16,519 bases of DNA from Promethearchaeia archaeon (GTDB lineage Archaea; Asgardarchaeota; Lokiarchaeia; Sigyniarchaeales; SOKP01): positions 1 through 16,519 of the forward strand of contig JAHQWJ010000132.1 in the NCBI GenBank assembly GCA_029856125.1, given 5' to 3'. Within the stretch, counting starts at the first letter, position 1, and each line of letters starts with the position of its first letter. The notes beneath the pieces are model-generated. The model was not told the origin of the DNA, ran no database searches, and saw only the letters and a list, made by a program, of their open reading frames with translations. Positions 6,108 to 16,519 of the stretch are shown here, in pieces. The position numbers and the translations under genes were made by a program.

Positions 6108-7841
6108 ATGATGAAGCCACTTTTAACTTTAGATGAAGTAAGAGATGCCTTGATTGGAAGGTATTTTACATTTCAAACTCCTTATGGAATGCGCTTGCTC
6201 ACATATGCAGATTACACGGCCTCTGGGAGATCACTCAAATTTATTGAAAAGTATTTAATAAAGATTCAAAGGGAATATGCCAATACTCATACTGAAGACG
6301 ATGTAACTGGTCGCCATATGACTAACCTTCTACATCAAGCAGAAAAATTAATAAAAAAAGCTTTTAATGCCGAATCTAACTGTAGAATTATCGCAATCGG
6401 TACAGGTGCGACAGGCGCTATAACCAAATTCCAAGAGATCATAGGTATCCGATTACCACCGGCAACAAAAAAATTATTACAGCAGTTAATGGATAAATCT
6501 TCAGAAGAAAAGGTTTTAGATCCAGCTCTAAGAAAAATCTATGATAAAGAGATCAACCGATTAAAGCCTGTCGTTTTTATTGGTCCTTACGAACATCATT
6601 CTAACGACATTATGTGGCGGGAAGCTATTGCGGAAGTAGTAGCTATACAACTCAATCCTGAAGGATACATTGATTTAGAAGATTTAGAAAACCAAGTTTC
6701 AGACCCGATATATAACGATAGGTTAAAAATAGGCTCTTTTTCAGCAGCATCAAACATCACAGGAATTAAAACACCCGTCTACCAAATTGCTCGTATTATG
6801 CATAGATATGGAGGGTTAGCATGTTTTGATTACGCTGCGAGTGCTCCATATGTAAAAATCAATATGAATAAAGACTCTGAAACCTTTTTAGATGCAATTT
6901 TTATATCACCTCATAAATTCGTGGGAGGGCCAGGATCATCGGGAATTTTAGTATTCAACGAAAGAATTTACGATCTTGCTCTCCCACCAACCACTGCTGG
7001 AGGAGGAACTGTTGATTTTGTAAGCGAAACTATAATCGATTATTCAAACGACATAGAAGTTAGGGAAAGAGCGGGTACTCCCGGAGTATTGCAAACCATT
7101 AAAGCAGCTTTAGCCATAGATTTAAAAGATGCTCTTGGAATTGACACTATAGCTTCTAAAGAAAAAGAATACATAAATAGTGCTTTGGAGAGATTATCGA
7201 AGCATCCAAATATCGAAATTCTAGGTCCTCACGAACGAAAAAACCGTTTAGCTATTGTTTCATTTACGATAAAACATGGAGATAAAAAGTTACACCCTAA
7301 ATTTATTACTAAACTTCTTAACGATTTATTTGGAATTCAAAGTCGAGCCGGTTGTATGTGTGCAGGACCCTATGGGCACTGCTTACTTCAAATAAGCGAA
7401 GAAAAATCACAACAATACAGCAAATTTAGTCAACAAGGAAATTTTAGTTTCAAACCTGGTTGGTGTCGCGTTAATTTCCATTATTTATTTTCAGAAGTAG
7501 AATTTCAATTCGTTTGCCAGTCGATAGAATTTATAGCAGATTATGGGTATCTCTTTTTAAAGGATTATTCTTTAAACATTAATACCGGAGAATGGGTCCA
7601 CATTAATTTCAAAGACACTTACTTATTCAATAAGCCAGATATTAAGACGGTATTATCAACAAATTTACAAAACTGTTTTGATGAAGAAACTATTGATCAG
7701 AAAAAAGAATTCGCTAAATGTCTAAAGTACGCTAAGGATTTAGTTCTTAATATTGGACAGGAAGAAGGATATCTTCAATTTGAGGATTCTGAGGTCGAAA
7801 AACTAAGATGGTTTAATTTTTCCCATACATCTGAAGATTGA
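6108..7841 (+). CDS. Aminotransferase class V-fold PLP enzyme (cysteine desulfurase/selenocysteine lyase-like, long form)
   Basis: YADYTASGR, YANTHT, GPYEHHSN..W, FSAASNITG, DYAA, PLP lysine in SPHKF.GGPG, GGGTV, E.AGTP, QSRAGCMCAGPYGH, KPGW.R.NFHY. Confidence 0.88.
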   Translation: MMKPLLTLDEVRDALIGRYFTFQTPYGMRLLTYADYTASGRSLKFIEKYLIKIQREYANTHTEDDVTGRHMTNLLHQAEKLIKKAFNAESNCRIIAIGTGATGAITKFQEIIGIRLPPATKKLLQQLMDKSSEEKVLDPALRKIYDKEINRLKPVVFIGPYEHHSNDIMWREAIAEVVAIQLNPEGYIDLEDLENQVSDPIYNDRLKIGSFSAASNITGIKTPVYQIARIMHRYGGLACFDYAASAPYVKINMNKDSETFLDAIFISPHKFVGGPGSSGILVFNERIYDLALPPTTAGGGTVDFVSETIIDYSNDIEVRERAGTPGVLQTIKAALAIDLKDALGIDTIASKEKEYINSALERLSKHPNIEILGPHERKNRLAIVSFTIKHGDKKLHPKFITKLLNDLFGIQSRAGCMCAGPYGHCLLQISEEKSQQYSKFSQQGNFSFKPGWCRVNFHYLFSEVEFQFVCQSIEFIADYGYLFLKDYSLNINTGEWVHINFKDTYLFNKPDIKTVLSTNLQNCFDEETIDQKKEFAKCLKYAKDLVLNIGQEEGYLQFEDSEVEKLRWFNFSHTSED

Positions 7842-7889
7842 GAAGAATAATCGGATTGCAAAAATATTAAAGAATTAAGGAAAAAAAAA

Positions 7890-9230
7890 TTAAGAGGATA
7901 CATTCAAATTATTAAACGCCATATAAGGATAGAGAGTATTTTCAATAAATTCTCGTTCTTTAGAAATATATACGCAATTTTTCACCATTTCAAGAACGTT
8001 ACCACTAACATTTCCAAGTTTAATTGGATTTTTGAGCTCACCATTTTTAATGTAATAGCCATTTCTTATTTCGGCTCCAAAATTACCCGAGACATCATCT
8101 GGATTTAACCAAGAAAACTTGTCGATGTAATAACCTTCCTTAATATCCGATATCATATCATCAAAAGATATGTCTCCCGGGAGAATCTTAAAATTGCTTA
8201 TCCAATTAACAACCGTGCCGCTTTCTGCCCTTTTTGCGTTTCCCGTTGATTGTTTCTCTTCTAACATTGCGTACTTTTGATCATATAATCTATTCTGAAA
8301 AACACCATTCTTTATAACTTCTGTTAACTGATGAGGATTTCCTTCGGAATCCCATGAATTAGAACTCAGACCACCTTCTAACAATCCATCATCAATAATA
8401 GTGATGTTTTCGCTTGCTACTACATCCCCTAAGTTGAAACGTGAAATTTTTTCAGCATGAGCTTTACCAAGTGCGTGAGTTCCAATGACGGGATTTATAG
8501 CTTGTTGTAAAACGCTTGGAGAAAAAATTACAAGGGCATTATCAGAAGGTTTAGGTTCTACTGCTCTAAGCGTATCCTTAGCTCGCCTAGCCCAACTTGA
8601 CACTCTCTCGTTTAAACTTAGGTGCTCTCTTTCTTTGTAATACCCTGCATCCCAGAACTCCGATAATTTACCATTTTCTTGCGCCTTTAAAGAAAATTCC
8701 ATAAAAAAGTAAGTCTTTCTCGCGTCTAACTTTAAATCATTGCTGTTTCTCAAAAAACGATGATTGCTATGTATCCTAAATCGCAAGAATGTAGGTACTA
8801 CATCTTTTTGTTGATTCACTTCAGAGATGAGAACTTCTGCTAATTCTTTCTTGATCGTTAGAGGATCGCTTAATATTCTTTTATCGGCCGTATTGATAGG
8901 GGAAATATTTACTTTTAAAGGAAAATCGTACTTAGAACTTGAATTAATTTTTGATAGTTGAACACATGTATCGATGTTTTTCTCGATTTGGCTAGACTCA
9001 AGTGAATTCCCTTTAACTACGCCTATACCAGTTTTATTTTCCTTTTGAGTAAGAATTCTTAGAAAATATTCAAAATCACTTATCTCGCGCTCATTCTCAG
9101 TCTTATCCTTTAAAAAAATAGATTCAAAAATACGCTTCTCGACAAAGAATATCTCAAATTCTTGGATATTTTTCGATTTTAAAACAGCTTCGATTCTATC
9201 TAACTTTTCAACTGACACTTCTTCATTCAC
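7890..9230 (-). CDS. pmbA: PmbA/TldE family protein (non-catalytic subunit of the TldDE protease)
   Basis: ITIIDDG....G..S..WDSEG.P, IKNGV....LYD, STGNA.R, NPDDVSGNF, GYYIKNGE...P; no HExxxH. Its start overlaps the tldD stop at 9227-9230. Confidence 0.88.
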   Translation of the reverse strand: MNEEVSVEKLDRIEAVLKSKNIQEFEIFFVEKRIFESIFLKDKTENEREISDFEYFLRILTQKENKTGIGVVKGNSLESSQIEKNIDTCVQLSKINSSSKYDFPLKVNISPINTADKRILSDPLTIKKELAEVLISEVNQQKDVVPTFLRFRIHSNHRFLRNSNDLKLDARKTYFFMEFSLKAQENGKLSEFWDAGYYKEREHLSLNERVSSWARRAKDTLRAVEPKPSDNALVIFSPSVLQQAINPVIGTHALGKAHAEKISRFNLGDVVASENITIIDDGLLEGGLSSNSWDSEGNPHQLTEVIKNGVFQNRLYDQKYAMLEEKQSTGNAKRAESGTVVNWISNFKILPGDISFDDMISDIKEGYYIDKFSWLNPDDVSGNFGAEIRNGYYIKNGELKNPIKLGNVSGNVLEMVKNCVYISKEREFIENTLYPYMAFNNLNVSS

Positions 9231-10618
9231 CCCGGACTCACCAATACATTTTTAGCTCTAATATAACTACCCCCTGATGTAACGGGAACCATATCTTCGC
9301 TACCTTTTCCACACGTCCCTCCATCAAGTTTCAAGGTATCCTTACTGACAGCATCGATATTTTTAAGCATCTCAAGAACGTCTCCACTTAAAGCAGTTGC
9401 TTTAAGAATTTTTGTTCGCTCTCCGTTTTCAATAAGGTAACCCTTTTTTGATGTGCATTGCATGCCTCCACCAAGTGGATCCTCCATTCCAAAATATCCA
9501 TGAACTAACATTACTCCTTCTTTAATTTCTGAAATCATTTCCTCTAGTTCGTAATCTCCAGAACCAAAATATGTATTAGACATTCTGACATTGACAGGAT
9601 GAGCAAAACTTTCTCGTCTGCCGTTTCCTTGTGGTGTAGCATCAAGTTCTGATGCTGTTCTTCGATCGTATATAAAATTTTTTAATATCCCATTTTCAAC
9701 TAAAATGTTGTGCCCAGCTATTATTCCTTCGTCGTCGAAAAAGTATGAACCTAATTTCTTTTCTAGAGAAGGAGTATCATAGATTGAACATATCTCAGAC
9801 GCAACTTGTTTATTAAGGTGTTGTTTCAAATAACTACGATCTCTAAGTATTTGATCGGCTTCTAAACCATGCCCAAAACTCTCATGAGCAATCAATCCAG
9901 TCATTTTTGGGTCTAAAATAATAGTTTTCCTTCCTGCAGGTGGTAATTCAGCTTTTAACATCTCAAGCGAATTCTTAACGACTTGGTCTAAAACTGCGTT
10001 ATCGATTGAATCGAAAATCTCAAATCCGATTTCTCCTGATTTAATGAAATAATCGTAATCTACTACGGATCCTTCTTTAGCGATAGGTATAACGAAAACA
10101 CGAGTCCTTGGAATTACTTGCCTTAATTTGCACCCTTCGTTATTGACGAATATACGCTCAATTAAAAGCTCTAAATACTTCACTTGAACATTGATAATTC
10201 TATCGTCCGAATTTTTGAGGTATGTATAGATTTCCCTTACTTTTTCAATCTTTTCATCAATAGGGACCTTAATAGGATCGATCTTAGGTTTAATTTCTTT
10301 GTTTAGACTCCAACCATCGAATTCAGCAATAAGGTTTCCTTTGTTAGATACTTTCGGTATTTTTGTTTTAATATTATTCAAATCTCCATTCGCTTCAATT
10401 GCAACTTCTTTCCACGAACCTAAAAAACTGCGAGCGACAATGCCCGATTTTTTTGTATTCACTGAAAAATTCTCAGCGGAAGGTGTTTTTGCAATAATTG
10501 TTGATGAAATGGAATCATATAAGATGTCAAAGTATTGATCGCTTCGATTATAATGGTTAGTTATCTCTTCAAAATCAGAAAAAATTTCATCGTGTGATTT
10601 GTTACTCATAAAAACCAC
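9227..10618 (-). CDS. tldD: TldD family metalloprotease subunit
   Basis: HESFGHGLEAD (HExxxH), SYFFDDEG, GNGRRES, VRMSNTYF, C-terminal GTCGKG..VPV..GG carrying the metal-ligand Cys. The start could be GTG 10618 or ATG 10609. Confidence 0.92.
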   Translation of the reverse strand: MVFMSNKSHDEIFSDFEEITNHYNRSDQYFDILYDSISSTIIAKTPSAENFSVNTKKSGIVARSFLGSWKEVAIEANGDLNNIKTKIPKVSNKGNLIAEFDGWSLNKEIKPKIDPIKVPIDEKIEKVREIYTYLKNSDDRIINVQVKYLELLIERIFVNNEGCKLRQVIPRTRVFVIPIAKEGSVVDYDYFIKSGEIGFEIFDSIDNAVLDQVVKNSLEMLKAELPPAGRKTIILDPKMTGLIAHESFGHGLEADQILRDRSYLKQHLNKQVASEICSIYDTPSLEKKLGSYFFDDEGIIAGHNILVENGILKNFIYDRRTASELDATPQGNGRRESFAHPVNVRMSNTYFGSGDYELEEMISEIKEGVMLVHGYFGMEDPLGGGMQCTSKKGYLIENGERTKILKATALSGDVLEMLKNIDAVSKDTLKLDGGTCGKGSEDMVPVTSGGSYIRAKNVLVSPG

Positions 10619-10767
10619 TTTTTTTCAAATTTAAGGTAGAATTAAGATATTTTTATTTAAATATAATTAATGTAAAGTAATATAACTAGAAATAAATAAG
10701 TTTAGAAGTTTTGTTCTTTTAATTTAAAAGGATCTACTTAATAAAATCCTCGATCTGCTCCCTCTTT

Positions 10768-11691
10768 TTACACAGATTCTATATCTCGAGATATCTTATC
10801 ATCTGTTGTTTTTTCTAAGTACTCTGAATTTTCTTCTATGTTTGTTAATCTTCTTTCTAGTATGCTCATTGTCTCGATTATGTTATTAATTGTAGTTTGA
10901 ATTTGCTTTACGCCATTCTGAAGTTCACCTATTTGATTTAAGATGAAAGAATTGACATCAGATTTTTTGACTGGCTCAACCAACCAAGAAAAGAGATTAT
11001 GTAAAAACTTCTGATTGTCTAGGGTATTAATACCGATATTATCATCGCTACAAAAAATGTCTATATCGCCTAAAGCAATTACCTTTCCCTGCCCGAATTT
11101 AGCATAAGCTGCTATGACATGCTGTTGCTCCTTATCTTTTTCCCATTCTTCTGATGAATTGTTGTAGATTTCTGACCAATTATTCAATTTATTGGTTTCG
11201 AGGAGAGCTCTAGCTCCCTTTTTTAAGTATAAAGAGCAGGTTCCACCAATTACTACTTCTCTTAATCCATTTAAAAAGTCAGTTTCTGGAAATTCGTGAA
11301 TGTGTAAGATGCTTGAACAATTTTGGTTTTTAGGGTTTTGTTCTTTTATGAGATTCTTCTCAAATAAAAAACCAAAATGATTAGTAATATCATTAAGATT
11401 TGTTTTTTGAAGGTAATCAGCTCCATACTCGCTAACAAGCAGTAAACTCCCTCCTAATCTAACGAAATTAACGATTTCTTTAATCTCGATGTTTGAGAAA
11501 TAATCGTCAATTGGATTACCTAATACTAGTACGTCTACATTTTCTAATACTTTTTTGGTTAAATCCTTATTTTCGTTTTTTTCAACCTTAAAATTTAGAT
11601 TATGGAGAAGTTTTAAAAAGTCGGTATAATCTTTGTCGAGCGTCAGCATTTCGTTATGAACAAGATCGAATAGAATTATTCTTCTCTGCAT
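10768..11691 (-). CDS. GIFT (GldG/IFT52)/DUF4350-like domain protein with C-terminal coiled coil
   Basis: ILFD..HNE, L..VDVLVLGNP, FS..EI..I..FV..GGSLLL..EYG, TNLN.I...FG, GQGKVIALGD.DIF, DNQKF..NLFSWL, followed by about 6 heptads. No signal peptide or TM helix is visible. Confidence 0.75.
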   Translation of the reverse strand: MQRRIILFDLVHNEMLTLDKDYTDFLKLLHNLNFKVEKNENKDLTKKVLENVDVLVLGNPIDDYFSNIEIKEIVNFVRLGGSLLLVSEYGADYLQKTNLNDITNHFGFLFEKNLIKEQNPKNQNCSSILHIHEFPETDFLNGLREVVIGGTCSLYLKKGARALLETNKLNNWSEIYNNSSEEWEKDKEQQHVIAAYAKFGQGKVIALGDIDIFCSDDNIGINTLDNQKFLHNLFSWLVEPVKKSDVNSFILNQIGELQNGVKQIQTTINNIIETMSILERRLTNIEENSEYLEKTTDDKISRDIESV

Positions 11692-11775
11692 TTTTACTAT
11701 AAAAAGATAAAAATACGGCTTTAAATATTATTCTAAAAATAAATCATTTCAGAAAAATTTTATAAACTTTAAAGA

Positions 11776-11794
11776 ATAATCCTTTTTGGATTAT
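11776..11794. promoter_or_regulatory. 7-5-7 inverted repeat in the divergent GIFT/purA promoter region
   Basis: ATAATCC-TTTTT-GGATTAT, with an extra half-site ATAATCC at 11818-11824. Confidence 0.35.
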
Positions 11795-11874
11795 GTTTTT
11801 GATTGTAAAATCTAATAATAATCCCCGACTAAATTTTTAAAATGAGTATGGTTAAGAAAATTAATGGATTGTGA

Positions 11875-13185
<1,311 letters not shown>

Positions 13186-13195
13186 TTTTACAACA

Positions 13196-13216
13196 TTTAT
13201 TTTTTTACTTTTTTTT
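13196..13216 (+). terminator. Oligo-T terminator after purA
   Basis: TTTATTTTTTTACTTTTTTTT shortly after the stop codon. Confidence 0.55.
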
Positions 13217-13357
13217 AAAATCATTAAAGATAAGTTTTACATCATAACTATTATACTGCAAACATATGTGAAGACATAAGCTTTTTTATAGAGCGAACAA
13301 TAAATAGAATATAAAAATAATAATTATTTCTTAGTTAGAAATTCATGAATTTGGTAT

Positions 13358-14011
13358 GTGAATAAAATGAAATTGTTAAAAGAAAAGAAAAATGAACTAT
13401 ATGAGGTTAACAAGGAATTCTTAGCCGAGACATTAAATGCCTCTGCTCTCTTACATGAAGCGCTCTCAACTTTTACAAATGACAAATTAAAAAAGGAATC
13501 CTTAAAAGGAGTCATTCAAGCAGAAAAGAAGTGTGATGAACTAAAAGATAAATTTACTCAAGTTCTTTTCAGGGATAAAAGAGCCCTTCCTTTTTTAGTT
13601 GAAGACAGGTATAAAATTCTGATGATGATCGATGCCGTAAACGATAAAATGGAGTTTTTTTCAAGATTTCTTGAAGTGTATCCTTTCAAGCTATATAAGG
13701 AAATCAAAGACGAATTCAAAAAATTATATAGCGCATGCAGTCAAGCTGTCGAAGAGCTAGTGAATTGTGCTGTATTAATTGAGACTGATTTTGATGGTGC
13801 TTACAAGAAAACCTTTGAAATTGAAGAGAGAAAGAGAGAAGCTCGAACGGCTAAGTTTAACTTACTCGGAAAATTATACAGAATGACAGACGATCCTACT
13901 AAAGTATACTTAACTTCAAAACTAGTAACCTATATGTATGATATTGTATCTTGGGCTGAAGAAACGTCAGATTATCTGAGAGGATTAATTATAAAATATC
14001 CAAGTAAATAG
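13358..14011 (+). CDS. DUF47/PhoU-like Pit accessory protein
   Basis: All-helical 217 aa with E.KCD..K, LPFLVEDR..., E.EE...R and E.TSD repeats. Sits 10 bp upstream of a PiT transporter, the usual DUF47-pit operon. The start could be GTG 13358 or ATG 13367. Confidence 0.8.
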   Translation: MNKMKLLKEKKNELYEVNKEFLAETLNASALLHEALSTFTNDKLKKESLKGVIQAEKKCDELKDKFTQVLFRDKRALPFLVEDRYKILMMIDAVNDKMEFFSRFLEVYPFKLYKEIKDEFKKLYSACSQAVEELVNCAVLIETDFDGAYKKTFEIEERKREARTAKFNLLGKLYRMTDDPTKVYLTSKLVTYMYDIVSWAEETSDYLRGLIIKYPSK

Positions 14012-14021
14012 AGAGGGATGG

Positions 14022-15017
14022 ATGGGTAAAATGGCGTTAGAATACATCTTAATCATATTTTTAATAATATCAATAATCATTAGCTTTGGAATTGGCGCTA
14101 ACGATGAAACGATGTCCCCGCTTTATGGATCACGAATTCTTAATATGAAACAAATTCTCATCTTAGCAGCGATTTTTGCGATCGCTGGAGCATTATTATT
14201 AGGGGAAGGGGTTTCTAAATCAGTAGGTGACAAAATCCTTTTATTAGATTATGAAGCTAGTGGTATGAACCAGAATGCTGTTGTTATGACCATTTTGATT
14301 TCAACTGCCATTGTGCTAATATTATCTAGTGCTTTTGGGCTTCCAATTTCGTCAACTCATGCTACAATAGGAGGAATTATGGGACTTGGGATGTTATTAG
14401 GAGGTGTAGATGGTGTAAATTGGAGTACGATACTAGAAATGAGTATTTGGTGGTTAGCATCTCCGATAGTAGGCTATACAGTAACTTATGGTGTTGTGAA
14501 GCTACTTAATAAACGCAAGCTCAAGACATTAAAAGGATTCCAAGACTTTGAAAGATCAGAGAACAAATATTCCTACATAATCTTAATTATAATATGTATT
14601 ACAGCCTTCGCTAGAGCAGGAAATGATTGTTCTAACGCAGTGGGAATAGTTGTTGGAGTTGGAGACGAGATCAATCTAACCTTATTATTGATCATGACTG
14701 GTTTTGGTTTAGCAGCTGGTGTGACGGTTTTGGGAAGAATCGTTATTAAAAATTTGGGTCACATGACAGAACTCCGTCCGAGTACGGCATTTGCCGTGCA
14801 AGTACCCACGGCAGCTGTGATGCTTATTGGGACCATTCAGAAAATCCCTCTTTCAGGTTCTCATTTGCTTGTAGCATCATTAGTAGGACTTTCAAAAGCA
14901 AGTAAAACACCAATGAAAAAGGGATTATGGAAAATCATCGCAATTTGGTTATTGACTTTTCCAATTGCAGCAATTCTTTCAATAATTCTATACTTTCCAA
15001 TTAATCTTCTAATTTAA
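14022..15017 (+). CDS. PiT (PHO4) family inorganic phosphate/anion transporter
   Basis: Hydrophobic 331 aa with the internal repeat GIGAND..GLPISSTHA..GG..G.G / GND.SNA.G..PLSGSH, plus W..SP and W..T.P. Confidence 0.88.
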   Translation: MGKMALEYILIIFLIISIIISFGIGANDETMSPLYGSRILNMKQILILAAIFAIAGALLLGEGVSKSVGDKILLLDYEASGMNQNAVVMTILISTAIVLILSSAFGLPISSTHATIGGIMGLGMLLGGVDGVNWSTILEMSIWWLASPIVGYTVTYGVVKLLNKRKLKTLKGFQDFERSENKYSYIILIIICITAFARAGNDCSNAVGIVVGVGDEINLTLLLIMTGFGLAAGVTVLGRIVIKNLGHMTELRPSTAFAVQVPTAAVMLIGTIQKIPLSGSHLLVASLVGLSKASKTPMKKGLWKIIAIWLLTFPIAAILSIILYFPINLLI

Positions 15018-15140
15018 TTTATTTTTCTGAAGTGAATCTCAATAAAATTTATCAAACCTCAAGATCTTCAATTAGAAATTCCAAATAAGTATCGAAACTA
15101 TTCGAGTTTCGGTCCGTACTTTATTCCCCTATTTGGTAGA

Positions 15141-16519
<1,379 letters not shown>

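Noticed and set aside
10299-10538. 79-aa plus-strand ORF, and similarly 11961-12173, 13324-13515, 15098-15283 and 15371-15580
   Set aside because: All lie antisense to confidently assigned genes and show no recognisable motifs.
13345-13365. Six-codon upstream ORF (MNLVCE) overlapping the DUF47 start
   Set aside because: Too short to distinguish from chance; no attenuator-like structure.

Overview
AT-rich chromosomal window from an archaeon. Orc1/Cdc6, a XerA-type recombinase and poly-T terminators support that assignment. The patchwork of bacterial-type enzymes plus a soluble IFT52-like GIFT protein suggests an Asgard/Lokiarchaeia-like organism, but this is inference. Gene order: partial SAM methyltransferase, trxB, xerA, orc1/cdc6, a frameshifted Rossmann-fold gene remnant, a small Zn-ribbon protein (-), a DUF362 Fe-S protein, a class V PLP enzyme, pmbA and tldD (-), a GIFT/IFT52-like protein with a coiled-coil tail (-), purA, DUF47 plus a PiT transporter, a SAM methyltransferase, and a partial tyrosine phenol-lyase-type gene (-). 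No rRNA, tRNA, CRISPR array or transposase was seen. The most notable feature is a compact 'inverted-repeat site - xerA - repeat-rich spacer - cdc6' cassette. It has a 21-8-21 bp inverted repeat shaped like a tyrosine-recombinase core site just before xerA, and 17-bp direct repeats flanking a short inverted repeat before cdc6. This may be a coupled initiation/resolution locus or a captured replicon. The second highlight is the cytoplasmic IFT52-like protein with a predicted trimeric coiled coil. All calls come from reading motifs by eye; no database searches were run.
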